Source: an uncultured Eubacteriales bacterium
GTDB taxonomy: Bacteria; Bacillota; Clostridia; Oscillospirales; Butyricicoccaceae
DNA length: 64,000 nt
Assembly: GCA_910585875.1 (NCBI GenBank)
Contig: CAJUIK010000003.1
Coordinates: forward strand, 2,212 to 66,211
Reading direction: 5' to 3'
A program made the translations under genes and the position numbers. Under the pieces are notes generated by a model. That model saw only the letters and a list, made by a program, of their open reading frames with translations. It was not told the DNA's origin and made no database searches. This document shows, in pieces, positions 19,214-28,329 of this stretch (positions are counted from its first letter, which is position 1; every line of letters begins with the position of its first letter).

Positions 19214-19966
19214 ATGGCGATTTTTCTCACAGGCGATACCCACGGGGATTTTTCCCGGCTGATGGAAGGGGTTTTTCCAGCGCTGGACCGGCTGACCAAA
19301 GAGGATTATGTCATGGTCTGCGGCGATTTCGGCGGCCTGTGGCAAGGGGGATCCCGGGAACGCAAGCGCTTGGACCGGCTGGACGCCCGGCCGTTTACCA
19401 CCCTGTTTGTGGACGGCAACCACGAAAATTATGATTTGCTGGCCCGTTGCTCTGTCGAGGAGTGGAAAGGGGGCTTGGTCCGGCGGGTCCGGCCCAGCGT
19501 GCTGCATTTGACCCGGGGCCAGATGTTTGAGTTGGACGGCAAAAAGATTTTCACCATGGGCGGCGCTCAAAGCCACGATATTCAGGACGGCGTTTTGGAG
19601 CGGAGCCAGCTGATGGAAGGGGATCTGGAGCGGCTGCGCCACGAGGGAGCCCGAGTGCGAGTCAACCATCTGACTTGGTGGCGGCAAGAGCTGCCCAGCC
19701 CAGAGGAATATCGCCAGGCCCGTCAGACGCTGGATCAAAACGGCTGGCAGGCGGATTATATCGTCACCCATTGCGCGCCCTCCGCCATCCAGCAGGCTTT
19801 GTTCCAAGAAGCATATCAACCGGATCATCTGACGGATTTTCTGGAGGAAATACGGCAAAAATGCCGCTTTGAAACCTGGTTTTTCGGCCATTACCACCGG
19901 GACTGCGCCGCCGGGGACCGGTCTCAATACGTCCTGCTTTATGAGCGGATCATCGAACTGAAATAG
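19214..19966 (+). CDS. Calcineurin-like metallophosphoesterase
   Basis: GDTHG, CGDFG, DGNHEN, THCAP, GHYH. Confidence 0.9.
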   Translation: MAIFLTGDTHGDFSRLMEGVFPALDRLTKEDYVMVCGDFGGLWQGGSRERKRLDRLDARPFTTLFVDGNHENYDLLARCSVEEWKGGLVRRVRPSVLHLTRGQMFELDGKKIFTMGGAQSHDIQDGVLERSQLMEGDLERLRHEGARVRVNHLTWWRQELPSPEEYRQARQTLDQNGWQADYIVTHCAPSAIQQALFQEAYQPDHLTDFLEEIRQKCRFETWFFGHYHRDCAAGDRSQYVLLYERIIELK

Positions 19967-19978
19967 GGGGAGGACAAT

Positions 19979-20932
19979 ATGAACGCGGAGACAATTCAAG
20001 CCGGCATACTGGGGCTGGCTGTGGGGGACGCTTTGGGCGTGCCTGTGGAATTCAAAAGCCGGCAGGAGCTGGACCGAAACCCAGTGCAGGGGATGCGGAG
20101 CGGCGGGAGCCACGGCCAGCCGGCGGGGACTTGGTCGGACGACTCCTCCATGGCCCTTTGTTTGCTGGAAAGCCTGACAGGGGGCTTGGATTACCAGGAT
20201 ATGATGACTCGGTTTCTGCGCTGGGCGGAAGAAGGGTATCTGACCGCCCGCGGAGAGACCTTCGACATGGGAATGGCCACCCGCAAGGCCTTAGTCAAAT
20301 TCGCCCAGGGCGCCCCGGCCCTGGAATGCGGGGGAAAGCAGGAATTTGACAACGGCAACGGCTCTCTCATGCGTATTCTGCCCTTGGCCCTCTATCTTCG
20401 AGCCCAAATGGGGCCGGATTTTCCCGCCAATCCTCGGGCCTATGAAATCATCCACAACGCTTCCCGCCTGACCCACGCTCACCCGATCAGTCTGATCTGC
20501 TGCGGCGTCTACTGCGCCGCCGCCAACGCCATGGCGGCGGACGGCGATCTGCAAGCCCTTCACGACGCCGTGGAGCAGGCGAAAGCCTTTTACCGGGCCT
20601 CAGACCTGGCGCCTTGGCTGGAGCGGTTTCAGCAGACGGACGTGGGGACGCTGGCGGTCATGCCCCGGGACATGATGGAAAGCGGCGGCTACGCCCTGCA
20701 CACCTTGGAAGCGGCTCTTTGGTGCCTGCTGCACACGGAAAACTTCCAGGATTGCGCGCTGGCAGCGGTGAACCTGGGGCAGGATACCGACACCACAGCC
20801 GCCGTGGCCGGCGGCTTAGCCGGGTTGCGCTACGGCCTCTCCTCGATTCCCGGCCCATGGCTGGAAACGCTGGCCAAGGAGCGGCAAATCCGGCGGATGT
20901 GCCGGCAATTCGCCCAGTCTCTGGGACTATAG
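19979..20932 (+). CDS. ADP-ribosylglycohydrolase (DraG/ARH3 family)
   Basis: GDALGVPVEF, WSDDSSM, GNGSLMR, THAH, GQDTDTTAAVAGGLAG. Confidence 0.93.
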   Translation: MNAETIQAGILGLAVGDALGVPVEFKSRQELDRNPVQGMRSGGSHGQPAGTWSDDSSMALCLLESLTGGLDYQDMMTRFLRWAEEGYLTARGETFDMGMATRKALVKFAQGAPALECGGKQEFDNGNGSLMRILPLALYLRAQMGPDFPANPRAYEIIHNASRLTHAHPISLICCGVYCAAANAMAADGDLQALHDAVEQAKAFYRASDLAPWLERFQQTDVGTLAVMPRDMMESGGYALHTLEAALWCLLHTENFQDCALAAVNLGQDTDTTAAVAGGLAGLRYGLSSIPGPWLETLAKERQIRRMCRQFAQSLGL

Positions 20933-20970
20933 TTTTTGAAGAGTCTCTCGGCGGCTTACAAAGCGCGGGA

Positions 20971-21008
20971 TATTCAAAACCCTCGGCAAACGCCGAGGGT
21001 TTTGAATA
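20971..21008. terminator. Bidirectional intrinsic terminator
   Basis: 17-bp perfect stem TATTCAAAACCCTCGGC/GCCGAGGGTTTTGAATA between convergent genes. Confidence 0.8.
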
Positions 21009-21032
21009 GGCTCGCAATCGATTGAGCGCCGG

Positions 21033-21215
21033 TCAGTTCCGGCCGAAGAGATTGACGTTTTCCGCCATATGGCCCATGGCTTGGACGCCTTTCCGGGCTT
21101 TCCGGGAAATGTCGCGGCGCATATGATAGGGCATATAGGCTTCGGCGGCGGCAGAAGCGGCGGCGCCCAGCAGAGCGCCGGCCGCGATGCCCACGGCAAA
21201 TGAATTGGCTTTCAC
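21033..21215 (-). CDS. Small hypothetical membrane-anchored protein (YtxH-like N-terminus)
   Basis: 60 aa, FAVGIAAGALLGAAA anchor followed by a basic helix; GAAAGGTGG RBS before GTG. Confidence 0.65.
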   Translation of the reverse strand: MKANSFAVGIAAGALLGAAASAAAEAYMPYHMRRDISRKARKGVQAMGHMAENVNLFGRN

Positions 21216-21335
21216 AACGCATCCACCTTTCTGTTTGGGTTCCCAGCTATTTTGCCCTTGACAAGCGCCGCGATACGCCGCCGCGGGCAGGGAATTTTTG
21301 AAAAATAAAAAAGCGCCCTGGCGGCGCTTTGGGCG

Positions 21336-21635
21336 TCACTGGGCGGAAGGGCCAGTCCAGCCGAAAATATCCAAATCGACGGAGCCGTCGGGGCGGAATA
21401 CAACCCCTTCCGCTTCCAGCAGCCGGCGCTGGTCGGGAAAGGCTTTGGCTGTTTGCCCCAGCCGATTGACCACCCGATGACAGGGCACGTCCGCCAGGCC
21501 GCATTGGGCTATGGCCCAACCCACGGCCCGGGAGGCCCGGGGAGAGCCGCAGAGCAGGGCCACGGCGCCGTAGGTCGTCGCCCGCCCGGCAGGAACCTGC
21601 CGGACAATTTCATATACTTTTTGATGAAACTCCAT
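21336..21635 (-). CDS. MGMT family O6-methylguanine-DNA methyltransferase (DNA-binding domain only)
   Basis: VPAGRATTYG, RAVG, PCHRVVN, QRRLLEAEGV; GGAGGA RBS before ATG 21635. Confidence 0.88.
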   Translation of the reverse strand: MEFHQKVYEIVRQVPAGRATTYGAVALLCGSPRASRAVGWAIAQCGLADVPCHRVVNRLGQTAKAFPDQRRLLEAEGVVFRPDGSVDLDIFGWTGPSAQ

Positions 21636-21812
21636 AGGTTCCTCCATGTCGGCCAGCGCCGACGGGCAAGCTCGAATAGACGCAGAGCGGGCGAAGGCTG
21701 TTGTGCTCGACAGCCTGAGACTTGGCGTCGTTTTCGGTGGAAGGCCGCGGCGTCGGGCGGCGGCCCATTGACGCGCCGCGCTGACACGGAGTCGGGCCGT
21801 CCCGACAGCGGA

Positions 21813-22655
21813 TCAACTGTTCTCATCCCAGCCGGGCGGGGTATAGAGATATTCTCCTTGGGGGGAGTGGTAAGTATAACCAATGCGCCGGTATAGACGG
21901 TTGGCAATGGGGTTTCTTCGGTCCACATAGAGGTAGGGCAGCTTCCCCTGGTTCAAAATCTCCTGGGTCAGGGCGGCCACCGTCTGCCGGGCCAGCCCTT
22001 GGCCCCGGAAAGCCGGGTGAGTGTAGACGTTGCTCACAGCGCATAGCCCCTGGCTCTCCCGGGCTTTTTTGGCGATGGAGACCGCCTCCCCCATCCGCCG
22101 GACCATCCGGTAGCGGGGCAGTTCCTGAGTCAGCTTCTCCGTCAGCTGCTTTAAGTTCGACGCCTGGCCCAGAGCTTCCTGATAAAACTGGCCCGCCAAA
22201 GCGGCCATAGCAGGCAGATCCAGAAGGCCGGGGATTTCCGCTTCGCTTTCCGAGGGCAGAGCGGGGTTCAGCCTGTCGCAGCGCATGACGTCCATCAGGC
22301 GAAGCGTGCGGAAAGAGCCGCCCAACGCCTTCACACAGCAGAGAAGAAACGTCTGGGCCAGGCCCGGCGCGCTCAAAACCTGGCGAAAGGGCAGCTGGCG
22401 GGCCGCCAGCCCCTCCGCCAGAGGGGCGCACAGTTCTTCATCCCCATATAGGATCATGGGAAAATGGAGATAGCGAAGCGCCAGCAGAGATTTTCCCCCT
22501 TCCTCCGCCTTGACGGCGAAGCCCTGGGCTTTGTCTGCGGTTGAAAGCATCCTTTGAGCGTTCTCAAAAAAGAAGACGGTTTGAAGGGGGTCTTTTTGCA
22601 AAATCGGCCGATTATCCTGCAAAAACTCCGGGCCGGCCTGATAGACGTAAAACAT
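21813..22655 (-). CDS. GNAT family N-acetyltransferase
   Basis: VYTHPAFRGQGLA and NPIANRLYRRIGY acetyl-CoA-binding motifs. Confidence 0.88.
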   Translation of the reverse strand: MFYVYQAGPEFLQDNRPILQKDPLQTVFFFENAQRMLSTADKAQGFAVKAEEGGKSLLALRYLHFPMILYGDEELCAPLAEGLAARQLPFRQVLSAPGLAQTFLLCCVKALGGSFRTLRLMDVMRCDRLNPALPSESEAEIPGLLDLPAMAALAGQFYQEALGQASNLKQLTEKLTQELPRYRMVRRMGEAVSIAKKARESQGLCAVSNVYTHPAFRGQGLARQTVAALTQEILNQGKLPYLYVDRRNPIANRLYRRIGYTYHSPQGEYLYTPPGWDENS

Positions 22656-22687
22656 AGGAAGCGCCTCCTTTTGGACGGGGCGGCCTG

Positions 22688-23230
22688 TTAAAATTTCAGG
22701 GCTGGGAATTCTATGCCCGCCTGCTGGAGACGGGAGAAAATTTCAATCCGCTGGCGGAAGCGAAGAGCGGCCAGGGCCCGCTCTTCCCGAGAGGGCTGGG
22801 CCGAGAGCACGGCCCAACGGATTTCGTTGGCCGCCAACTGGTCTCCGCCTTTTTGCCGGGCGGTTTCGATCATTTCCTGAGACATGGAGCCCTGGGCCAC
22901 ATAACCGCCGATGACGGTGTTGCGCTCTTCCACCAGCTTGACGCCGTTGGCCAGAGCCTGCTGGGCGTGGGCTGTGTCGCTGTAATAGGCCAGGGTGCAG
23001 AACAGGCCCACTGTTTTTCCCTCCAAGCTGGACAGCAGCTGGGACATGGCCGGGTCCGGGCCGCCTTTGTCCACCCAATAGCCCAGCAACAAAATGTCGC
23101 CTTTCAGAGGAGGCTGGCCCTGGGCCAGGTCGTAAAGGGCCACTTCATGGTTATCCAGCCCCTGGGCGACGCCCACGGCCAGATCCCGAGTGCAGCCCGA
23201 AAGGCTTGTGTAAATAATTTCGATTTTCAT
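22688..23230 (-). CDS. Flavodoxin-family protein
   Basis: IIYTSLSGCTRDLA, LGYWVDKG, GLFCTL. Confidence 0.8.
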   Translation of the reverse strand: MKIEIIYTSLSGCTRDLAVGVAQGLDNHEVALYDLAQGQPPLKGDILLLGYWVDKGGPDPAMSQLLSSLEGKTVGLFCTLAYYSDTAHAQQALANGVKLVEERNTVIGGYVAQGSMSQEMIETARQKGGDQLAANEIRWAVLSAQPSREERALAALRFRQRIEIFSRLQQAGIEFPALKF

Positions 23231-23459
23231 GACAGATCATCCTTTCTTGTCCGAAAGCCGGACTACTGGGGCGGATGGATTTTCCAGGGCCTTTGCAGGA
23301 CGATGAATCTCCGCCCGTCTGATATTTTAACACGAACTTCTCCTGCGCGAAAGGGTTGCTTTTAGTAAATTATACGGAAATATGATATATCATTTAGCCG
23401 CCCTCAGCGGATTGGTGGTACAATGTCGGCAAGGGACGCAGCCGCATTGCGAGGGGTCT

Positions 23460-23733
23460 GGAAATCTAAGAGACGAGGGCCCCGCAAAATCGGGGATTTT
23501 GGAAAGAAGGCCCCGCCGCAGGCGGGACGCCGGGAGTCCGGCGGAAGGATTTGCGGCGATTGACTCGCCGGAAATTTATGAAATGAAAGGGGTCCCCCAA
23601 AAGGCGGAGCCTTTTTGGGGCAGGGCCCCGCCGCAGGCGGGACGCCGGGAGTCCGGCGAAAGGATTTGCGGCGATTGATTCGCCGGAAATCTATAAAGAC
23701 AAGGGACCCCGCAAAATCGGAGATTTTGCGGGG
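23460..23733 (+). repeat. Tandem ~115-bp hairpin-rich repeat (about 2.4 units) upstream of brnQ
   Basis: GGCCCCGCCGCAGGCGGGACGCCGGGAGTCCGGCG.AAGGATTTGCGGCGATTGA.TCGCCGGAAAT at 23509 and 23624; CCCGCAAAATCGG.GATTTTG at 23481 and 23708. Confidence 0.9.
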
Positions 23734-23754
23734 ACAAACGAAAGGGGTTTCACG

Positions 23755-25053
23755 ATGAAAAATCGAAGCAAAGACATTATGGTGATCGGGTTTGCTTTGT
23801 TCGCCATGTTTTTCGGGGCGGGCAACATGATTTTCCCCCCAAAACTGGGGTTGGAAACCGGGTCTCAATGGGTTCTGGGGTTCGCTAGCTTTACATTTGC
23901 AGACGCAGGCCTGGCCTTGCTCACCATCTTGGCGCTGATCCGGGGCACAGGGTCCTTTGAGCATCTGGCCCGGCGGGCGGGCCGTTTTCCCGCCGCTGTT
24001 TTGGGGATGTGCGTCTTTTTGTGCGTGGGGCCTCTGATGGCCATTCCCCGCACGGCGGCCAGCACCTTTGAGCTGGGCGTGGCGCCGATTTTCCACACCG
24101 GCGCCCGCGTTGTGTTCTCGGTTATTTTCTTTGTCATCGTGTTCGCGCTGGCGGCTCGGCCAACCAAGGTGATCGATATCATTGGAAAATTCTTGACGCC
24201 GGCCCTGTATATCGCCCTGCTGGTCATGATACTCCAGGGAATTCTGCACCCCATGGGCCGGCCGGTGGAGACAGCCGGGGCGGCGGAGGTATTCGCCACA
24301 GGCATCAAGGCGGGATACCAGACTATGGACGTCTTTGGGGCCGTGATTTTCAACGTGCTGGTGGCCTCGGCTCTGGCTCAGCGCCGTTATCAGGGCAAAG
24401 AGGCGATCAAAACTGCGGCTTGGGCCGGTCTGGTGGCTGTAGTCGGCCTAACTATAGTATATGGCGGCCTGGCCTATCTGGGCTCCTGCGCTTCGGGGCT
24501 TTATGATAAAAGCATCGGCCAGTCTGAGCTGTTGCTCGGCGTGATGGAGACGATTATGGGGCGCTCCGGCGTTGTTTTGCTGGGCGTCGTGGTGGCGTTG
24601 GCCTGCCTGACTACCGCCGTGGGGCTGACTTCCGCCGCAGCCTCTTATTTTTCCGGCCTGACCCGGGGCAAGGTGAAGGAGGTCCCCTTTGTGGCCCTTA
24701 TCTGCGCCTTCAGCGCCGCGGTGTCCAATGTGGGCATCGATTCCATCGTGGCCTTTTCCGCTCCTGTGCTGACGGTGATTTATCCGGCGGTGCTGACGCT
24801 GATTGTACTGAGCTTTTTTGATGAGAAAATCAAAAACGATTGGGTAATCCGCCTGGCCACCTTGGGCGCTCTGGCCGCCAGCCTGCTGAAGGCGCTGTCC
24901 GGCTGGGTCCCCGCCCTGGGCTTTGTCAATCAGCTGCCGCTGAACAGTCTGGATTTCGGCTGGCTGACTCCCGCCTTCCTCTGCGGTCTGCTGGGCCTGT
25001 TGATTCCCATGAAACAAACAGAGGGGAAAGGGCGAGAAGCCCTTCGGCGCTGA
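23755..25053 (+). CDS. brnQ: Branched-chain amino acid transport system II carrier protein
   Basis: FAMFFGAGNMIFPP, IPRTA, IGKFLTP, GYQTMD, LACLTTAVGL. Confidence 0.95.
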   Translation: MKNRSKDIMVIGFALFAMFFGAGNMIFPPKLGLETGSQWVLGFASFTFADAGLALLTILALIRGTGSFEHLARRAGRFPAAVLGMCVFLCVGPLMAIPRTAASTFELGVAPIFHTGARVVFSVIFFVIVFALAARPTKVIDIIGKFLTPALYIALLVMILQGILHPMGRPVETAGAAEVFATGIKAGYQTMDVFGAVIFNVLVASALAQRRYQGKEAIKTAAWAGLVAVVGLTIVYGGLAYLGSCASGLYDKSIGQSELLLGVMETIMGRSGVVLLGVVVALACLTTAVGLTSAAASYFSGLTRGKVKEVPFVALICAFSAAVSNVGIDSIVAFSAPVLTVIYPAVLTLIVLSFFDEKIKNDWVIRLATLGALAASLLKALSGWVPALGFVNQLPLNSLDFGWLTPAFLCGLLGLLIPMKQTEGKGREALRR

Positions 25054-25125
25054 GCGCCCGCAGAGATAGGAAACAATAGAAAATAAACAAGCGAAAAATA
25101 AGCGCCGAAAAGGCGCTTGTTTTTG

Positions 25126-25159
25126 AAAAATCCCGCCTCCTGAAGAGGCGGGATTTTTT
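25126..25159. terminator. Bidirectional intrinsic terminator
   Basis: AAAAATCCCGCCTC-loop-GAGGCGGGATTTTTT between brnQ and the RpiR gene. Confidence 0.8.
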
Positions 25160-25193
25160 GTTTGAAAACGCATAGTTCCCAACCCGAGAGGAA

Positions 25194-26126
25194 TCAATCT
25201 TCGTCCTCTTCCTCGTCTTCTTCGCCGCGGCGGCTCCGGTAGCCTCGGTGATATTCGTTGTATTCCGCCTCCCGGCGCAGCTCCTCCAGCTTTTCAAACT
25301 GGACGCCCTGCCTCGAACCCTGCTCGATGGCAATACAATGAGCCAATAAATTGACGGCCTCCAGCACGGCGGCGAAAGAATTGTATAAAGATCCCCGGGC
25401 GGCCGGGCAATAGATAACCGGGTCGCCGAAAGCCGCCGCAGGGGCTGCGGGAGAATCGGTAAACACAATGATCCGGGCGCCTTTGGAAGCGGCGAATTTG
25501 GCCGCGGCGCTTATTTCCTCAAAATACGGGGGGAAGGAAAACAGAATCACAACCGAACGGTTGTCAATCAGATTCAGCCGGTTTTGCATCAGGCCGCTTT
25601 GCTCTGGATCGGCCTCGACGGCGCGCACTCCCAAAGCGCCCAATCGAGAGCTGAGGATATCTGCCATGGATTTGCTGATCCCCCGGCCGACTGTTAGGGC
25701 AAATTCGCTGAGGCAGATCATCTGGGCCGCCTGGACGATGGGGTCCAGGTCAAAAGCGTCCAAATAGGCGTGAAGATGCTGCCGCTCCTGCCGGCAGATA
25801 TGATTCAGCAGCAGCGCGTTGGATTCCTGAATCCGCTGGATTTCAGAATCCTCCTCTGCGGCTTCATAGATATATACCTCGTAACAGCGGCGATATTCTC
25901 TTTTGAAATCAGCGTATCCCCCAAATCCCAGCCGCTGAAACAGGCGGAGCAGGGTCACTTCTGTGCAGCCGATTCGTTTGCTCAGTTCCCGCAGAGAAAT
26001 GTAACATACTTCGCCGGGGTGGTCCAGTATATATGTAACAATCTGTTTCTGCTTTCGGGTGAGCGTCCAGTTGTCGGGCGAAAAACCGCGTTCAAACAAT
26101 GGGCTTAAGTCTAACAAAACTGCCAA
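25194..26126 (-). CDS. MurR/RpiR-family transcriptional regulator (HTH + SIS)
   Basis: LTRKQKQIVTYIL..SLRELS..TLLRLFQRLGFGGYADFK; SIS GRGIS, SFPPY, FTDSPAAP; acidic C-terminal tail. Confidence 0.9.
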   Translation of the reverse strand: MAVLLDLSPLFERGFSPDNWTLTRKQKQIVTYILDHPGEVCYISLRELSKRIGCTEVTLLRLFQRLGFGGYADFKREYRRCYEVYIYEAAEEDSEIQRIQESNALLLNHICRQERQHLHAYLDAFDLDPIVQAAQMICLSEFALTVGRGISKSMADILSSRLGALGVRAVEADPEQSGLMQNRLNLIDNRSVVILFSFPPYFEEISAAAKFAASKGARIIVFTDSPAAPAAAFGDPVIYCPAARGSLYNSFAAVLEAVNLLAHCIAIEQGSRQGVQFEKLEELRREAEYNEYHRGYRSRRGEEDEEEDED

Positions 26127-26284
26127 CCCCCTTTTTTCAAATGAAGTATATCATACGGGAGAATGAAATGTATAGAGTCAAAATGTAAAAAGTTAAAAAT
26201 TTGTTCCTTCAACGAATTTTTTGGCGAAAAAACAGAACCCGGCCCTTTGACCAGGCCGGGAGCAGCAAGCAATTTCCAGCGGAT

Positions 26285-26446
26285 TTGCAAAAAAGTATAC
26301 TTTCTTGCAACGCAAAATTTCCTTCCTATTTGTGCAAAAATCATAAAAAAACAAGAAAAATCTATTGAAAACTGTCGTTTTTTCTGATAAAGTATCTTAC
26401 AAGAAGTAAAGCGGATAGATTTGCAAGAAAGTATACATTCTTGCAA
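26285..26446. promoter_or_regulatory. Two copies of a 26-bp palindromic operator
   Basis: TTGCAAAAAAGTATACTTTCTTGCAA (26285-26310) and TTGCAAGAAAGTATACATTCTTGCAA (26421-26446). Confidence 0.8.
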
Positions 26447-26541
26447 TTTGCAAGAACGGGAAGGGGGAGAGATTTGGGAAAACGGGACGGTTAACCGAAA
26501 CGCCGGATTGCCGGCACAGTTGAACGACAGGAGAGAGAATT

Positions 26542-28233
26542 ATGATGAAAAAAAGATTTTCCGCGCTGCTGGCCCTGCTGCTGGCCTCGATGATGCTGCT
26601 GAGCGCCTGCCAGGGCAGCCCGGAAGCCAAGGACGACGGCCCTGCGGCCCCGGACGGGCAGGACGTCCAGACAGACGACAAAAAGACCGGCGGCCAGCCC
26701 GCCGGCGGGGAAGTTGTCAAAGACGCCAACGAGCTGGTGATCGGCACTTATATGCCTGTGACTACGCTGGTGCCCTGGAAGACCACCTCCGACGGCGACG
26801 GCTATATCCTGCGCCAGATTTATCACACCCTGGTGGAAATGGATCAAAACTCCAACTTTGTGCCCTCTATGGCTACGGAGTGGGAATGCAGCGAAGACGG
26901 CCTGACCTGGACGGTGAAAATCCGGGACGATTTGTATTGGCAGACGGGCAACGGCCTGTTTGACGAGAAAGTCAACGTCACTGCCGAAGACGTCAAATTC
27001 TCCTATGATTATTATCTGGACCCGGCCAATGGCTCCGTCCGTTATACCGAACTTTCCAACACGCTGAAGGAAGTCAAGGTGGTGGACGATTACACCGTCC
27101 AGTTTGTCACCAACGACATCGACGTGCTGTGGGAATATAAGATGTATCAGAATTACATCATCCCCAAAAAGGCTGTGGACGAAAACTGGGATTTTGAAAA
27201 CAAGCCCGTGGGTTCCGGCGCCTATAAATTTGTGGAACACGTCATCGATTCTCAGGTGGTGCTGGAGCGCAATGACGAATATTTTAAAGAGCCCGCGCTG
27301 GACCGGATTGTCTATAAAATCATTTCCGACAAATCCGTCTCCTCCATCGCCCTGCAAAACCAGGAAATCGATATCGCCCTGTCCATGCTTCCCACAGAGG
27401 TGGGCAATATCGCCAATAAGGATTATCTGGAGCTGCGGCCCTCTGAAATCGGCTCCTATCGCTGGATCGGATTTAACTGTAAAAACGAGCTGTTTGCCGA
27501 CCCGGAAGTCCGCAAAGCGCTGAGCATGGCCGTGGATATGGACAGCGCGGTGGAAGCCATCTTCAAAAACGACGCCGGCGTCACCCTGGCCAAGCGGGCT
27601 TACGGCCCCATCTCCTATGAGCGGCCCGGCGGCAACGAGGCCCGCTTTAAGGAAGCCTGCGTGACCTATGATCCCAAGAAGGCTGAAGAGCTGCTGGATT
27701 CCCTGGGCTGGGCCAAAGGCTCCGACGGCATCCGGGCCAAGGACGGCAAAAAGCTGAGCTTCACCCTCCAGGTGGGCAACAACGATTCCAACCGGGAAAA
27801 GCTGGCTGTCATCGTGTCTTCCCAGATGAAGGCCATCGGCGTGGACTGCACCGCCCAGACGGTGGAATGGGGCACCCATACCGACGACATTAAAAACGGC
27901 AATGTGCAGATGTATATCCTGGGCGGCTACTCCAACTTGGACGGCCCCTACCGCATTATGCACACCAGCGACACGATGAGCCCCAACTGCGGCTATTCCA
28001 ACAGCGAAGTGGACTCCCTGTTGGACGAAGCCTGGCGCACCATCGACATCGACGAGCGCAGCGAGCTCCAGACCCAGGCCGCCGAGATCTTTATCTCCGA
28101 GGCGCCCCATATCTTCTGCTATTTTGAATATACCCAGACCGGCGTCAGCAAAGCGGTGCAGGATTTTGAGCAGGCCAGCGTCTACCGCTCCCTGTGCAAC
28201 GAGTTCCGCAACGTGGGCGTCAACCACAAATAA
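26542..28233 (+). CDS. ABC transporter substrate-binding lipoprotein, family 5 (Opp/Dpp)
   Basis: Lipobox LSAC; TAEDVKFS, PVGSGAYKF, VRKALSMAVD. Confidence 0.93.
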   Translation: MMKKRFSALLALLLASMMLLSACQGSPEAKDDGPAAPDGQDVQTDDKKTGGQPAGGEVVKDANELVIGTYMPVTTLVPWKTTSDGDGYILRQIYHTLVEMDQNSNFVPSMATEWECSEDGLTWTVKIRDDLYWQTGNGLFDEKVNVTAEDVKFSYDYYLDPANGSVRYTELSNTLKEVKVVDDYTVQFVTNDIDVLWEYKMYQNYIIPKKAVDENWDFENKPVGSGAYKFVEHVIDSQVVLERNDEYFKEPALDRIVYKIISDKSVSSIALQNQEIDIALSMLPTEVGNIANKDYLELRPSEIGSYRWIGFNCKNELFADPEVRKALSMAVDMDSAVEAIFKNDAGVTLAKRAYGPISYERPGGNEARFKEACVTYDPKKAEELLDSLGWAKGSDGIRAKDGKKLSFTLQVGNNDSNREKLAVIVSSQMKAIGVDCTAQTVEWGTHTDDIKNGNVQMYILGGYSNLDGPYRIMHTSDTMSPNCGYSNSEVDSLLDEAWRTIDIDERSELQTQAAEIFISEAPHIFCYFEYTQTGVSKAVQDFEQASVYRSLCNEFRNVGVNHK

Positions 28234-28329
28234 CGCCATAGAACAAGCGAAAACAAGGTAAGAGCGATACGCAGCGCGGGGCCCGATAAGGCTTGCCTTA
28301 TCGGGCCGACGCGCATAAAGGAGCATATT

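Noticed and set aside
23460..23733. CRISPR array interpretation of the tandem repeat
   Set aside because: Repeat core is about 70 bp, only two full copies, intervening segments are homologous hairpins rather than unique spacers, and no cas genes are present
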